NCBI GenBank assembly: GCA_044225365.1
Contig: JBGAIQ010000057.1
Coordinates: 1-34,851, forward strand
From: Planctomycetota bacterium
GTDB taxonomy: Bacteria; Planctomycetota; B15-G4; JADJEK01
Direction: 5' to 3'
DNA length: 34,851 nucleotides
This document shows, one piece after another, positions 18,668 through 27,838 of this stretch (positions are counted from its first letter, which is position 1; each line of letters starts with the position of its first letter). Made by a program: the position numbers and the translations under genes. Below the pieces are notes generated by a model. That model had not been told where the DNA came from and did not search any database. It worked only from the letters and a program-made list of their open reading frames with translations.

Positions 18668-21220
18668 ATGAGAACGTCGCTCGCAATCTTCGTGTCGTTG
18701 TCGCTTCCCACCGCGTTCGCAGCGGATTGTCCCATCTTCCCCGGCCTGAAGTTCGCGGCCGGCCAACATCCGATCTCGGTCGCAATCGGCGATCTCAACG
18801 GCGACGGCAAGCCCGATCTCGCCGCGGCGAACAACGCGTCGAATGACCTCTCGATCCTGTTCGGCGATGGCGCGGGCGGATTCTCTCTCGCCGCCTCCCT
18901 GCCCGCGGGCAACGGTCCTTCCGCAGTCGAGATCGCCGATCTCGACAACGACGGGATTCGCGATCTCGTGGTGGCGAGCGGGCAGTCGAACAAGGTCCGG
19001 GTCTATCGCGGTCTCGGCGGCGGCGCCTTCGCCGCGGCGGTCGGATTCGTCGTGGGCTTGGGGCCGGTTTGGATTGCGGTCGGGGATCTGAACGGCGACG
19101 CGCAGCCGGATCTCGCGGTCGCGAATGGGACCGCGTCCAGTGTGTCCCTGCTCTTCGGCACGGGTGGGACGGGCGCCGCTGCCTTCGCGCCCGCGGTGAC
19201 GCTACCGATGGCGTATCAAACCAAGGCCGTCGCGATCGGAGATCTCAATGGCGACGCAAAGCCGGATCTCGCGATTGCGACCAATATTGACAAGGTGGTC
19301 GTCCGATACGGCAATGGGCTCGGCGATTTCACCCCGTCGGCAACCTTCGCTGCGGATTCGGGCGTCAACGCGCTGGTGATCGCGGACTTGAACGGTGACG
19401 GTGCGCGCGACATCGCGACGAGCTGCGGGACCGGCGCATCGGTCGCCGTCCTTATCAACGACGGCACGGGCAGTTTCTCTGCACCGCTCATTATCCATCT
19501 CTCCACTGGATTATTCGGCATGCCGCGATCGATCGTCGCCGGGGACTGGAACGGTGACGGAAAGATGGATCTCGCGGTTGCGGAGATCGCGCCGCGAGTC
19601 GCCCTTCTCATGGGGAACGGCGTGGGTGGTTTTGCTCCCCATGTCGATCTCATGGTGGGTCCCGCCTGCGCGGACCTCGCGGCCGGCGATCTCGACGCCG
19701 ATGGCGTCCTCGATCTCGTCGTTGCCGACGCACAGAGCATCGGCTCGAGCACGCCGTCACCGGGTAGCCTCTCCGTGTTGCGAGGCGACGGGCACGGTGG
19801 ATTCCTCGGAACCGTTACGATCCCGGCCATCAGCAATCCCTACGAGACAGCGGTCGATGATCTCAATGGCGACGGCAAACCGGATATCGCGGTCGCGGGG
19901 GAGAAAGGAGTCGCGATCCTCTTCGCGAACGGCTCGGGCGGCTTCTCGCCGCCTTCGTTGTACCAAGCGGGCGCAGTCCCTCGATCGATCGCCATCGGCG
20001 ACTGGAACGGCGACAAGAAGAAGGACGTCCTCATCGCGAACAGCGGGTCGAACGACATCACGATCTTGCAGGGAGATGGTGCGGGGTCGTTCACGCCCGG
20101 AGTCAGCCTCGCGGGGGGTACGGGTCCGTCGCACATCGCCGTCGCGGACGTGAACGGCGACGGCAAGCTCGACGTCGTGGTCGTGCGGACGGGGACTGCG
20201 TTGGTCGGCGTAATCCTGGGAAATGGACTCGGCGGGGTCATCTCCATCACCAACGTCGAGCCCGGCCAGGCGACGAGCTCGTACGTTGCAATCGGCGACG
20301 TCAATCACGATGCGAAGTTGGATCTCGTCGTCACGAATCCGAATTCCGATCGCGTGTCGATCATGCTCGGCAACGGCACGGGCGGATTCCAGACTCTTCA
20401 GAACTTCCCGACCGGGGGTAATCCAAGGGCCGTGGTGATCGGGGACTTCAATCGTGACGGGAATCAGGACCTCGCGATCGCCGCCGCTGTGTCGAACCAG
20501 ATCTCCGTCCTGATCGGCGACGGATCCGGGAATTTCGCGGGTCCCACGAACTTCGCGGCTGGCTTCACTCCGATCGCGATCGCGTGTGCGGACGCGAATG
20601 GTGACGGCAACCTCGACCTCGCCACGTCCACCCTCGATTCGCAGGACGTCTCCCTGTTGTTCGGCAACGGCGCGGGCGGATTCGCTCCGGCGATCCCCTT
20701 CGACGGCGGCGCCGGGCTCTCGATCCAGTTCGCGGATCTGAACGGCGACGGACGCCCCGAGGTCGTCGTTCCGCAATCCCTCGACTCGGTGGTCGGCTTC
20801 CTCCCGAATCTCGGTTGTCCGGGATCCTCGATCTTTGCCTATGGAACAGGATGCGCCGGCTCCGGCGGCTTCGTGCCCGTCCTCACGCTGTCGTGCTGTG
20901 CGAGTCCGGGGCAGCCCGTGACGCTGTCGCTCGAGAAGGGCGTTGGAGGCGCGAACGCGTTGCTGCTCTTCGGCCTCGCTCCGGCATCGGTCGCGTTGCC
21001 CGGTAAACCCGGTTGCAGTCTTCTCGTGGCGCCGCTGCTGCCGCTCGTCCTCAACCTACCGCTCTCGGGAGTAGGACCGGGCAATGGCTCGTTCTCGTAC
21101 GCAACAACGATCCCCGCGGGTGCGCCCGTCGCGACGTTCGCGATGCAGGCGTTCGTCCTCGACGCCGGTGCATCACACGGCTACGCCACGTCGGCCGGAC
21201 TCGTCGTTCACGTGGAGTGA
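18668..21220 (+). CDS. Secreted FG-GAP/VCBS repeat protein with C-terminal YGxGC beta-sandwich domain (850 aa)
   Basis: Signal peptide ..TAFA; many GDLNGDGKPDLAVAN repeats; GAGGA before the start. Confidence 0.92.
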   Translation: MRTSLAIFVSLSLPTAFAADCPIFPGLKFAAGQHPISVAIGDLNGDGKPDLAAANNASNDLSILFGDGAGGFSLAASLPAGNGPSAVEIADLDNDGIRDLVVASGQSNKVRVYRGLGGGAFAAAVGFVVGLGPVWIAVGDLNGDAQPDLAVANGTASSVSLLFGTGGTGAAAFAPAVTLPMAYQTKAVAIGDLNGDAKPDLAIATNIDKVVVRYGNGLGDFTPSATFAADSGVNALVIADLNGDGARDIATSCGTGASVAVLINDGTGSFSAPLIIHLSTGLFGMPRSIVAGDWNGDGKMDLAVAEIAPRVALLMGNGVGGFAPHVDLMVGPACADLAAGDLDADGVLDLVVADAQSIGSSTPSPGSLSVLRGDGHGGFLGTVTIPAISNPYETAVDDLNGDGKPDIAVAGEKGVAILFANGSGGFSPPSLYQAGAVPRSIAIGDWNGDKKKDVLIANSGSNDITILQGDGAGSFTPGVSLAGGTGPSHIAVADVNGDGKLDVVVVRTGTALVGVILGNGLGGVISITNVEPGQATSSYVAIGDVNHDAKLDLVVTNPNSDRVSIMLGNGTGGFQTLQNFPTGGNPRAVVIGDFNRDGNQDLAIAAAVSNQISVLIGDGSGNFAGPTNFAAGFTPIAIACADANGDGNLDLATSTLDSQDVSLLFGNGAGGFAPAIPFDGGAGLSIQFADLNGDGRPEVVVPQSLDSVVGFLPNLGCPGSSIFAYGTGCAGSGGFVPVLTLSCCASPGQPVTLSLEKGVGGANALLLFGLAPASVALPGKPGCSLLVAPLLPLVLNLPLSGVGPGNGSFSYATTIPAGAPVATFAMQAFVLDAGASHGYATSAGLVVHVE

Positions 21221-22125
21221 GATTGCGACACGACGAGCGTGCCCTCGCTCGCGGTGAGTTCTTGGAAGAGTGACTTCAAACGCGCCGTCACGGGCCGCGC
21301 GCCGCCGCTGCCGATCGGGCGGCCGTCGATCCGCTCGACGCTCACCAGTTCACCCATCGTTCCGGTGCAGAAGACTTCATCGGCGCGATAGAACTCGGCG
21401 AGCGAGAGATCGCAGACTTGATGCGCGATCGCGTGGCGCGCGCAGAGCGAGAGCACGGTCGCGCGCGTGATGCCTTCGGGGCACGCGACCGCGCGCGGCG
21501 TCGCGAGCAAGCCGTCCTTCACGAGGAACAGGTGCGTCGCGTTGGTCTCGGCGACGAATCCGCGCCCGTCGAGCATGACGGCGTCGTCCGCGCCGGCGTC
21601 ATTCGCTTCCATCTTGGCGAGGATCGAGTTGATGAGATTCGCGTGGTGGATCTTGGGATCGAGGACGTCGGGGCCTGGCCGGCGCACCGACGCCGTGACG
21701 AGGCGGACCGCCTTGTCGCCGTAGACCGGTGCCTTGTGCTCGGCGAGGACGATCAGCGTCGGCCCCGCGCGATTGAGCCGTGGATCCATCCCGGACGTGA
21801 CCTTCTCGCCGCGCGAGAGAGTGAGACGGATGTGCACGCCGTCGAACATCCGATTCGCGCGCAGCGTCCGCGAGATCTCGCGCGTGATCGCGTCGTCGCC
21901 GGGAATCGTCTCGAAGCCGATCGATTGCGCGGAGTGACGCAGGCGCGCGAGATGCTCCGTCAGTTTGAAGATGCGCCCGGAGTAGAGGCGTAGGCCCTCC
22001 CACACGGCGTCGCCGCCCTGGACCGCCGAATCGAACGGCGAGATGCCGGCGAACGGGCGGGCGATCAGGCGGCCGTTCACGTTGATGAGGAGATTCGCGT
22101 TCCGGGGATCGTATTTCTGCAGCAT
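21208..22125 (-). CDS. PLP-dependent aminotransferase class IV (branched-chain/D-amino acid aminotransferase-like)
   Basis: SPFDSAVQGGDAVWEGLR, HLARL, KIHHANL, ETNATHLF, EGITR, EVFCTGTMGE. Start reset to MLQKYDPRN. Confidence 0.92.
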   Translation of the reverse strand: MLQKYDPRNANLLINVNGRLIARPFAGISPFDSAVQGGDAVWEGLRLYSGRIFKLTEHLARLRHSAQSIGFETIPGDDAITREISRTLRANRMFDGVHIRLTLSRGEKVTSGMDPRLNRAGPTLIVLAEHKAPVYGDKAVRLVTASVRRPGPDVLDPKIHHANLINSILAKMEANDAGADDAVMLDGRGFVAETNATHLFLVKDGLLATPRAVACPEGITRATVLSLCARHAIAHQVCDLSLAEFYRADEVFCTGTMGELVSVERIDGRPIGSGGARPVTARLKSLFQELTASEGTLVVSQSHST

Positions 22126-22204
22126 CGGAAGTGACGTCGCGGGTTCGCAGTTTCGAGGTGGAGGCGAATCGTACTCGCTCGCTGCGGAACCCGCGTTCAC
22201 GACC

Positions 22205-24400
22205 TCATTGAAACGTGACGACCTTGGTATCCGTCGTGCGGAACTTCTGGGTGTACTTCGGTGGACCGCAGAGTGTGCCGATCGCATTCGCCGGCAGCAG
22301 GTCGAACGCCTGAAAGGCGATCGTCGCGCCGACGAGGGCGCTCGAGCAGGGAATCGAGACGTCGAGCGAGACGGGGAACAACGTCGTCGCGATCGGCGAT
22401 ACGCCGAGCGCGCAGCTTGCGAATTGGCCCGCGCAGAGCGGCACGGGAACGATCGGAAGTCCGAGCATCAGCAGGCCGGTCGGACCGGAGAAGCTGATGA
22501 GGCTGATGTTCATCGCGCCGCCGATCGTCGCGCCGGAGACGAACAACCCGGGCTCCGGACTCCCGCATCCCGTCTGGACGGTCGTGATACCGCCGCCGTT
22601 CAACGTCGTGATGAGCGCGCCTTCGACGTTGTCGTTCGTGATCGAAACGAGGTCGCGGGTGTAGGCGCCGAACACGAGGCCATCGATCGCGAACTCCGTC
22701 GTCGCGACGGCGGGCTCGAGATCGGGATCGGTGCTCACGACCGTCGTGCGGTCGAGGGGGAAGATCAAGTTCGGCGGCACGGGGTCGACGAGGAACGTGT
22801 CGAAGTGCGCGGTGCGGACGCCGAGATTCCCGGCGAGGTATCCGACCGTGAAGCGGCAACCTTCGCTCGCGACGACGGGCTCCGTCTGATCGATCGTCTC
22901 GTTCGTACCATCGAGGTCCTTGCTGAGCGGAATGAACGCGAAGGACTCGTTGATCGACCCGTCCGGCGCCACTTCGAGTTTCGAGGCTTGGATGTCGTTG
23001 AAGCCAGGATGCGCAGAATCCGCAGCCTGCCACACCAGGAGGAAGTCCTTGCCATCGCCGTCGAGATCGGGATGCGTCGGTGGCGATCCCGGTAAGAAGC
23101 CGGCCGCGTTGATGGTGTAGAAGGCGAGATCGGCGTCATGGATGCTGCTCACGAGGATGTCGTCGTTCTGCGCATGGTGCAGCATGTACGACACCATCCA
23201 GAATCCAGCGGCGCCCGCCGAGCGCGAGATGCGCGGACGATCGATCGGGCTGTTGTCGGTGTGCAGCACGATCAGCGAACCGATGCCGCCATTGGCGTCG
23301 ACCCGACGACCCACGGCTCGCCGCGGCTGGAGCGCAGGGTCCTCGTCCCACACGACGAAGAACTTGTTCGTCACGTTGTTGGGCGTCCCGCCGACGTCCG
23401 GATTCGCTTCGTTCGCGGTACCCGTGGAGATGTCGAACGCGGCCTGCTGCGACGTCGAGCCGGCGGCGCGCAGGCGGCCGCGGATCAGGTTGTCGACGAC
23501 GATGCCGCCATCCTTCAGCCACACGATCAGGAATTCGTTGCCGGCGCCGGCGACGGCGGGATCGATCGTGTCGTCGTTCGAGATGTCGACGGCCACTTCT
23601 TCGAGGAAGTTGCCGTCCTGGTCGTAGCGGCGCGAGACGATGTCGTGATCGCTCGCGCTCACGGTGTTCTCGTACACCACGAGCCATCGATCGAGTTCGA
23701 AGTCGACGTCGGGGTCTTGATCGTCGCCGCCGTCGTTGTCGACGAAGACGGTCTTGATCTTGGGGTCGATCGTGAGCGGGTAGGCGGCGAGGGCGAGCAC
23801 CGACGCGGGCACGCTCAATTCGATCGCGCCTGTGACGAAATTCGACTCGAGGTTCCAGCGCGCGCCCTTGGCATCGACGACCGTGACATCGCCGTAGATC
23901 ACGCTCCCGAGTCCTTCGCGACCGAACACGAGACCCGAGTCGCGACCGCGGTAGGGCAGATCGGCACCGGTCGCCATTCGGATTCGCAAGTCGCCTGCGC
24001 CCGGGAACGAATCGAGGACGAAGGACTGTTCGACGCCGTCGACTCCGAGATCGTAGGTCTCGTCGAGGAGGCCGCGGTCGTAGGTGATCCGATTCCGCTC
24101 GAGCGTCGCCTCGATGCCGCTCGTGTAGGGCAGAGGGTCGAGGCCGATCGTGACGTCCGTGAGTGTTAGATCGAGTACGTAATTGCGCGGCGCCCGCTCC
24201 CCGAACACGGGAACGAAGCTTCCGCCGTCCCGCCCGAAGCGCATCTTCCAATCCTTCCCCTTCGCCCAGACGACCCCGTCCGACCCCCGATCGGTCAGAA
24301 CGGAAGTCCGCGGCGCGGTGACGGCGACCCTCGACACCGTCTCCGCCGCGGTCGGTTCCGCGAATGCGCAGCAGGTGGTGAGGCAAGCAAGTACGAACAT
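22205..24400 (-). CDS. Large secreted protein: N-terminal domain ending YPLTIDP, acidic beta-propeller-like repeats, C-terminal beta-sandwich
   Basis: GGAGG before ATG 24400; hydrophobic N-terminus; repeated P.V....FLVVW units. Confidence 0.8.
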   Translation of the reverse strand: MFVLACLTTCCAFAEPTAAETVSRVAVTAPRTSVLTDRGSDGVVWAKGKDWKMRFGRDGGSFVPVFGERAPRNYVLDLTLTDVTIGLDPLPYTSGIEATLERNRITYDRGLLDETYDLGVDGVEQSFVLDSFPGAGDLRIRMATGADLPYRGRDSGLVFGREGLGSVIYGDVTVVDAKGARWNLESNFVTGAIELSVPASVLALAAYPLTIDPKIKTVFVDNDGGDDQDPDVDFELDRWLVVYENTVSASDHDIVSRRYDQDGNFLEEVAVDISNDDTIDPAVAGAGNEFLIVWLKDGGIVVDNLIRGRLRAAGSTSQQAAFDISTGTANEANPDVGGTPNNVTNKFFVVWDEDPALQPRRAVGRRVDANGGIGSLIVLHTDNSPIDRPRISRSAGAAGFWMVSYMLHHAQNDDILVSSIHDADLAFYTINAAGFLPGSPPTHPDLDGDGKDFLLVWQAADSAHPGFNDIQASKLEVAPDGSINESFAFIPLSKDLDGTNETIDQTEPVVASEGCRFTVGYLAGNLGVRTAHFDTFLVDPVPPNLIFPLDRTTVVSTDPDLEPAVATTEFAIDGLVFGAYTRDLVSITNDNVEGALITTLNGGGITTVQTGCGSPEPGLFVSGATIGGAMNISLISFSGPTGLLMLGLPIVPVPLCAGQFASCALGVSPIATTLFPVSLDVSIPCSSALVGATIAFQAFDLLPANAIGTLCGPPKYTQKFRTTDTKVVTFQ

Positions 24401-24554
24401 GGGTTCCTCCGTTGTGCCCAAGTGGGCTCATCGAAGGAGGACGCGATCTGCAGTCGCTTGCGACGGAGATTCCCCAGGAATTCGTCAGGGCGGTTTTGGG
24501 TGCTCGGTTCGAGTCGATTCTTACGCGAGCGACACGCGTCGCTCTCAGGGTCGA

Positions 24555-24856
24555 TCAAGGAGTTTCCTTCGCGAGCTGCGGCTCGAAGTCGGGGAGATCC
24601 TTCGAAAGCACCGTGGCGACGACGAGCCGACCGAGGACTTCGATGTTCCCGAATCGATCCAGTTTCCGCTCGATGGCCTTCGTTCCGTCGCCAAACTCGC
24701 GCGGAGGATTTGCAGCACGGCCGGTCCATGCGGATCGGCATCGTCTTCTCCTCGGCGATCTCTTTCACGGCGTTTCGGAACTCCAGTTTCAGATCGGGCG
24801 GCAGCGTCGTTCCAGAAGCCGTCGAAGTCGTGATCGGTCGTCGCGTCGCTCGTCAT
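24555..24856 (-). pseudogene. Collapsed, frameshifted Rpn/DUF4351-like gene remnant
   Basis: Segments in changing frames: MTSDATTDHDFDGFW / TLPPDLKLEFRNAVKEIAEEKTMP / AVLQILRA / FGDGTKAIERKLDRFGNIEVLGRLVVATVLSKDLPDFE. They resemble the N-terminus, linker and C-terminal helical domain of this family. Confidence 0.6.
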
Positions 24857-25108
24857 GGATCGTCCGGGATGTCTCCACGGACGTGACGCAGAAGAGGGAC
24901 GGAGGTGACGGAAGACTTGGTTGGAATCTGGGAATGGCGGAAGCGACCGTCTCGGAAGTGCGAGCGCGGCGCGTCTTCGAGAGCCAACGCTTCTTCCGGC
25001 GTGCGCGCTGGACAGCGTTGTCCCACCGACGACACGCCTCATCCGCCATGACGAGTCATCGCGCACGCCATTCGCGTGGGTGATCCCAACCGCAGCCGAG
25101 TCGAACCG

Positions 25109-25825
25109 CTATGCCGTCGCTGCCGCCAATTCCTCGTACAACGGTATGCACGCGTCGAGCGTGCGGAGCAGGCGATCGGGCACCTCCTCGTCGCGCTCGG
25201 CGTAGGCTTCGAACTCGGTCGAGGCCTCGACGGCCTTGTACCAGTGCTTCGCCCAGATGCCGTCGGTCGGGCGCCGGCCCTTCTCCCACTTCAACATCTT
25301 TTCGCTGAACGGGATTCCGAGCGCCGCGCAGAGCGAGGAGAGTGCGCGCCGCGGATCGACGAGCACGTCCTTCGAATCGACGACGGGCGGCGTCCTGCCG
25401 ATGCGGTCGCAGGTGCGTCGAAACAGTTCGACCTGTTGCGGCAGGCCCGTGTCCTCGAGTTGCGGTTCCTTCAGGACCTTTGCGAGCGAGATCAGCATCG
25501 GTTTCGGGTCGCGGATGAGGAAGGCGTGCGTGAGGCCGTCGAGCCAGTCCCGTTCGATTCTGGGCAACAAGTGATGCGTCATGTGCTTCTGGTACCAGAC
25601 GGACTTCCCTTCCGGGATCTCGCCGGTGAGCCACTTCGCGACCTTTCGCCAGTCGGATTCGTGATGCGCGATCACCTCGTCGCGGCCGGGATGGTCCTTC
25701 CCCGTCTCCTTCAGGAAGTGCGCGTAGAGGGGCTCATCGGTGACGTAGCAATCGTCACGACTCCCGAACGACCGCATCAATGCGGTCGAGATGTTGCGCG
25801 GGCCGGACCACATCGCGATGCGCAT
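25109..25825 (-). CDS. Sulfotransferase-like P-loop protein (family usually adjacent or fused to a class IV aminotransferase)
   Basis: MRIAMWSGPRNISTALMRSF, DEPLYA, YQKHMTHH, FLIRDP, DGIWAKHWY. Confidence 0.88.
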   Translation of the reverse strand: MRIAMWSGPRNISTALMRSFGSRDDCYVTDEPLYAHFLKETGKDHPGRDEVIAHHESDWRKVAKWLTGEIPEGKSVWYQKHMTHHLLPRIERDWLDGLTHAFLIRDPKPMLISLAKVLKEPQLEDTGLPQQVELFRRTCDRIGRTPPVVDSKDVLVDPRRALSSLCAALGIPFSEKMLKWEKGRRPTDGIWAKHWYKAVEASTEFEAYAERDEEVPDRLLRTLDACIPLYEELAAATA

Positions 25826-25955
25826 CGGCGTAGTTCCAAACGGGTCCAAAAGGATCGATTCGAGGCCTTTCCAGCGTACGGCGAACCGAAGCGAAGGGAA
25901 GTCGGATTCGCCTTGACGTCTCCCCCTCGGCAGAACGGTCGCTACACTCCCCGCG

Positions 25956-26792
25956 ATGCTGCCCACCCTCGGATGTTGTTCCTGGTCGCTGCGCCCCGAG
26001 TCGTCGAAGGATCTTTCGGGCAAGCTGAAGAAGCTCGCCGTGTCCCACGTCCAACTCGCACTCGAGCCGCTGCGCACCGGCGCTTGGAAGCTCGACGCGA
26101 CGCGAAAGGACCTCGAGAAGATCGACGTGAAGATCGCCTCGGGGATGATGTCGATGGCGGGAGAGGATTACTCGACGCTCGACACGATCCGCGAAACCGG
26201 AGGAGTTCGTCCGGATTCGACATGGGCCGCGAACCTCGCCGCCGCGCGCGAGAACGCGAAGATCGCGAAGAAGCTCGAGCTCACGCTCGTGACCTTCCAT
26301 GCCGGGTTCCTCCCGCACAACGCCGACGATCCCGAGCGCAACAAGCTGCTCGATCGCCTGCGCACGATGGTCGACGTCTTCGGGGAGCAAGGCGTTCACG
26401 TCGGATTCGAGTCGGGGCAAGAGACGGCGGGGACGCTGCTCGCGGTGATGCGGGATCTCGACCGTTCGATGGCGGGCGTCAACTTCGACCCCGCGAACAT
26501 GATCCTCTACGACATGGGCGAACCCGTCGCTGCGCTCGAGAAGCTCGCGCCCTACGTGCGCCAACTGCACTTCAAGGACGCGAAGCGCACGAAGAAGAAG
26601 GGCGAGTGGGGCAGCGAGGTTCAGGTCGGAACGGGCGAAGTGGATTGGAAGAAACTGCTCGCGGTCGTGAAACGGCGCGGGCTGCCGACGCAATTCATGT
26701 TCGAGCGCGAAGCCGGCGACGACCGCGTTGGAGACATCGGTCGCGGAATCGACTTCATCCAAGGATTGATTCACGATGACGGCGCCAAGTGA
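25956..26792 (+). CDS. Sugar phosphate isomerase/epimerase (xylose isomerase-like TIM barrel)
   Basis: FHAGF, FESGQE, NFDPANMILY, HFKDA, GTGEVDW, FERE. TACACT lies 7 nt before the ATG. Confidence 0.9.
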   Translation: MLPTLGCCSWSLRPESSKDLSGKLKKLAVSHVQLALEPLRTGAWKLDATRKDLEKIDVKIASGMMSMAGEDYSTLDTIRETGGVRPDSTWAANLAAARENAKIAKKLELTLVTFHAGFLPHNADDPERNKLLDRLRTMVDVFGEQGVHVGFESGQETAGTLLAVMRDLDRSMAGVNFDPANMILYDMGEPVAALEKLAPYVRQLHFKDAKRTKKKGEWGSEVQVGTGEVDWKKLLAVVKRRGLPTQFMFEREAGDDRVGDIGRGIDFIQGLIHDDGAK

Positions 26793-27798
26793 TCGAAAGC
26801 CCGGCGCGGGCTGCCGCGTCGGAGTGATCGGCCTCGGATTCATGGGGCAGACGCACCTCAAGGCGTTTCGTGCCGCGGATCGGGCCGGCTTCACGAATCG
26901 AATCGTCGCGGTCGCCGACAAGGACCCGTCACGGCGTCGCGGAGACTTCAGCGCCGCGGGCAACTTCGTGAAGGCCGAGGACGGGCCGCTCTTCGATCCG
27001 AGCACCACGCGCAGCTACGAAGATCCTTTGGCGATGTTCGCCGACGAAGAGATCGATCTCGTATCGATCTGCACGCACACCGATACTCACGTCGATCTTG
27101 CGATTCGCGCTCTCGACGCCAACAAACATGTCTTGCTCGAGAAGCCGGTGGCCGTCGGGAGTCGCGATGTCCAGCGACTCGTCGAACGGGCGCGACGCAG
27201 TGCTCGCCTCGTCATGCCGGCGATGTGCATGCGCTTCTGGCCGGCGTGGGAATGGCTGAAGAAGCGGGTCGAGGATCGCTCGCTCGGCGCCGTGAAGAGC
27301 GCCGTATTCCGCCGACTCGGCACGCGTCCGGCGTGGGGCGGTGGTTTCTATGCGGATCTCGAGAAGAGTGGCGGCGCGCTCGTCGACCTCCACATCCACG
27401 ACGCCGATTTCATCCTGCATTTGTTCGGGAAGCCGGACGCGGTCGTTGCCGCGGGCGATCTCGAACATCTCAGCGTGCTCTATCGCTATGCGAACGGCCC
27501 GCGCCACGTCGTCGCCGAAGGCGGATGGGACCATACTCCGGGGTTCCCGTTCCGGATGCGCTACACGGTGATCTTCGAGCAGGCGACGGCGGACTTCGAC
27601 ATCGGCCGCGATCCTCAGCTCCTGCTGTGCCGCGAGGGGAAGGCGGAAGCGGTGGCCTTGCCGGCGACCGACGGGTACGACGGCGAAGTGCGGCATCTCT
27701 TGCGCGCGATCGCGATCGGTGACAAGCAACTGCGCGCCACGCTCGACGATTCGCTCGCGCTCGCCCGACTTCTCGAACTCGAGCGCGCGGCGCTCTGA
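26776..27798 (+). CDS. Gfo/Idh/MocA family oxidoreductase
   Basis: GVIGLGFMG, HVLLEKP, SGGALVDLHIHD. Overlaps the upstream gene, so likely co-transcribed. Confidence 0.93.
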   Translation: MTAPSDRKPGAGCRVGVIGLGFMGQTHLKAFRAADRAGFTNRIVAVADKDPSRRRGDFSAAGNFVKAEDGPLFDPSTTRSYEDPLAMFADEEIDLVSICTHTDTHVDLAIRALDANKHVLLEKPVAVGSRDVQRLVERARRSARLVMPAMCMRFWPAWEWLKKRVEDRSLGAVKSAVFRRLGTRPAWGGGFYADLEKSGGALVDLHIHDADFILHLFGKPDAVVAAGDLEHLSVLYRYANGPRHVVAEGGWDHTPGFPFRMRYTVIFEQATADFDIGRDPQLLLCREGKAEAVALPATDGYDGEVRHLLRAIAIGDKQLRATLDDSLALARLLELERAAL

Positions 27799-27838
27799 AG
27801 AAGTCAGAGCGCCGCAGGGCGGGCGGAAGCGGTCGCGA

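Noticed and set aside
18456-18769. Far N-terminal extension of the 1252-aa ORF (15011..18769)
   Set aside because: Overlaps the FG-GAP gene start on the other strand and looks non-coding. The start is 18235.
24860-25100. Short ORFs and an ACGGA-rich quasi-repeat between the Rpn relic and the sulfotransferase-like gene
   Set aside because: No recognisable protein motif or regular periodicity; cannot support a feature.
25913-25948. TTGACG...TACACT as a full sigma70 promoter
   Set aside because: The 24-nt spacer is too long; only the -10-like box is plausible.
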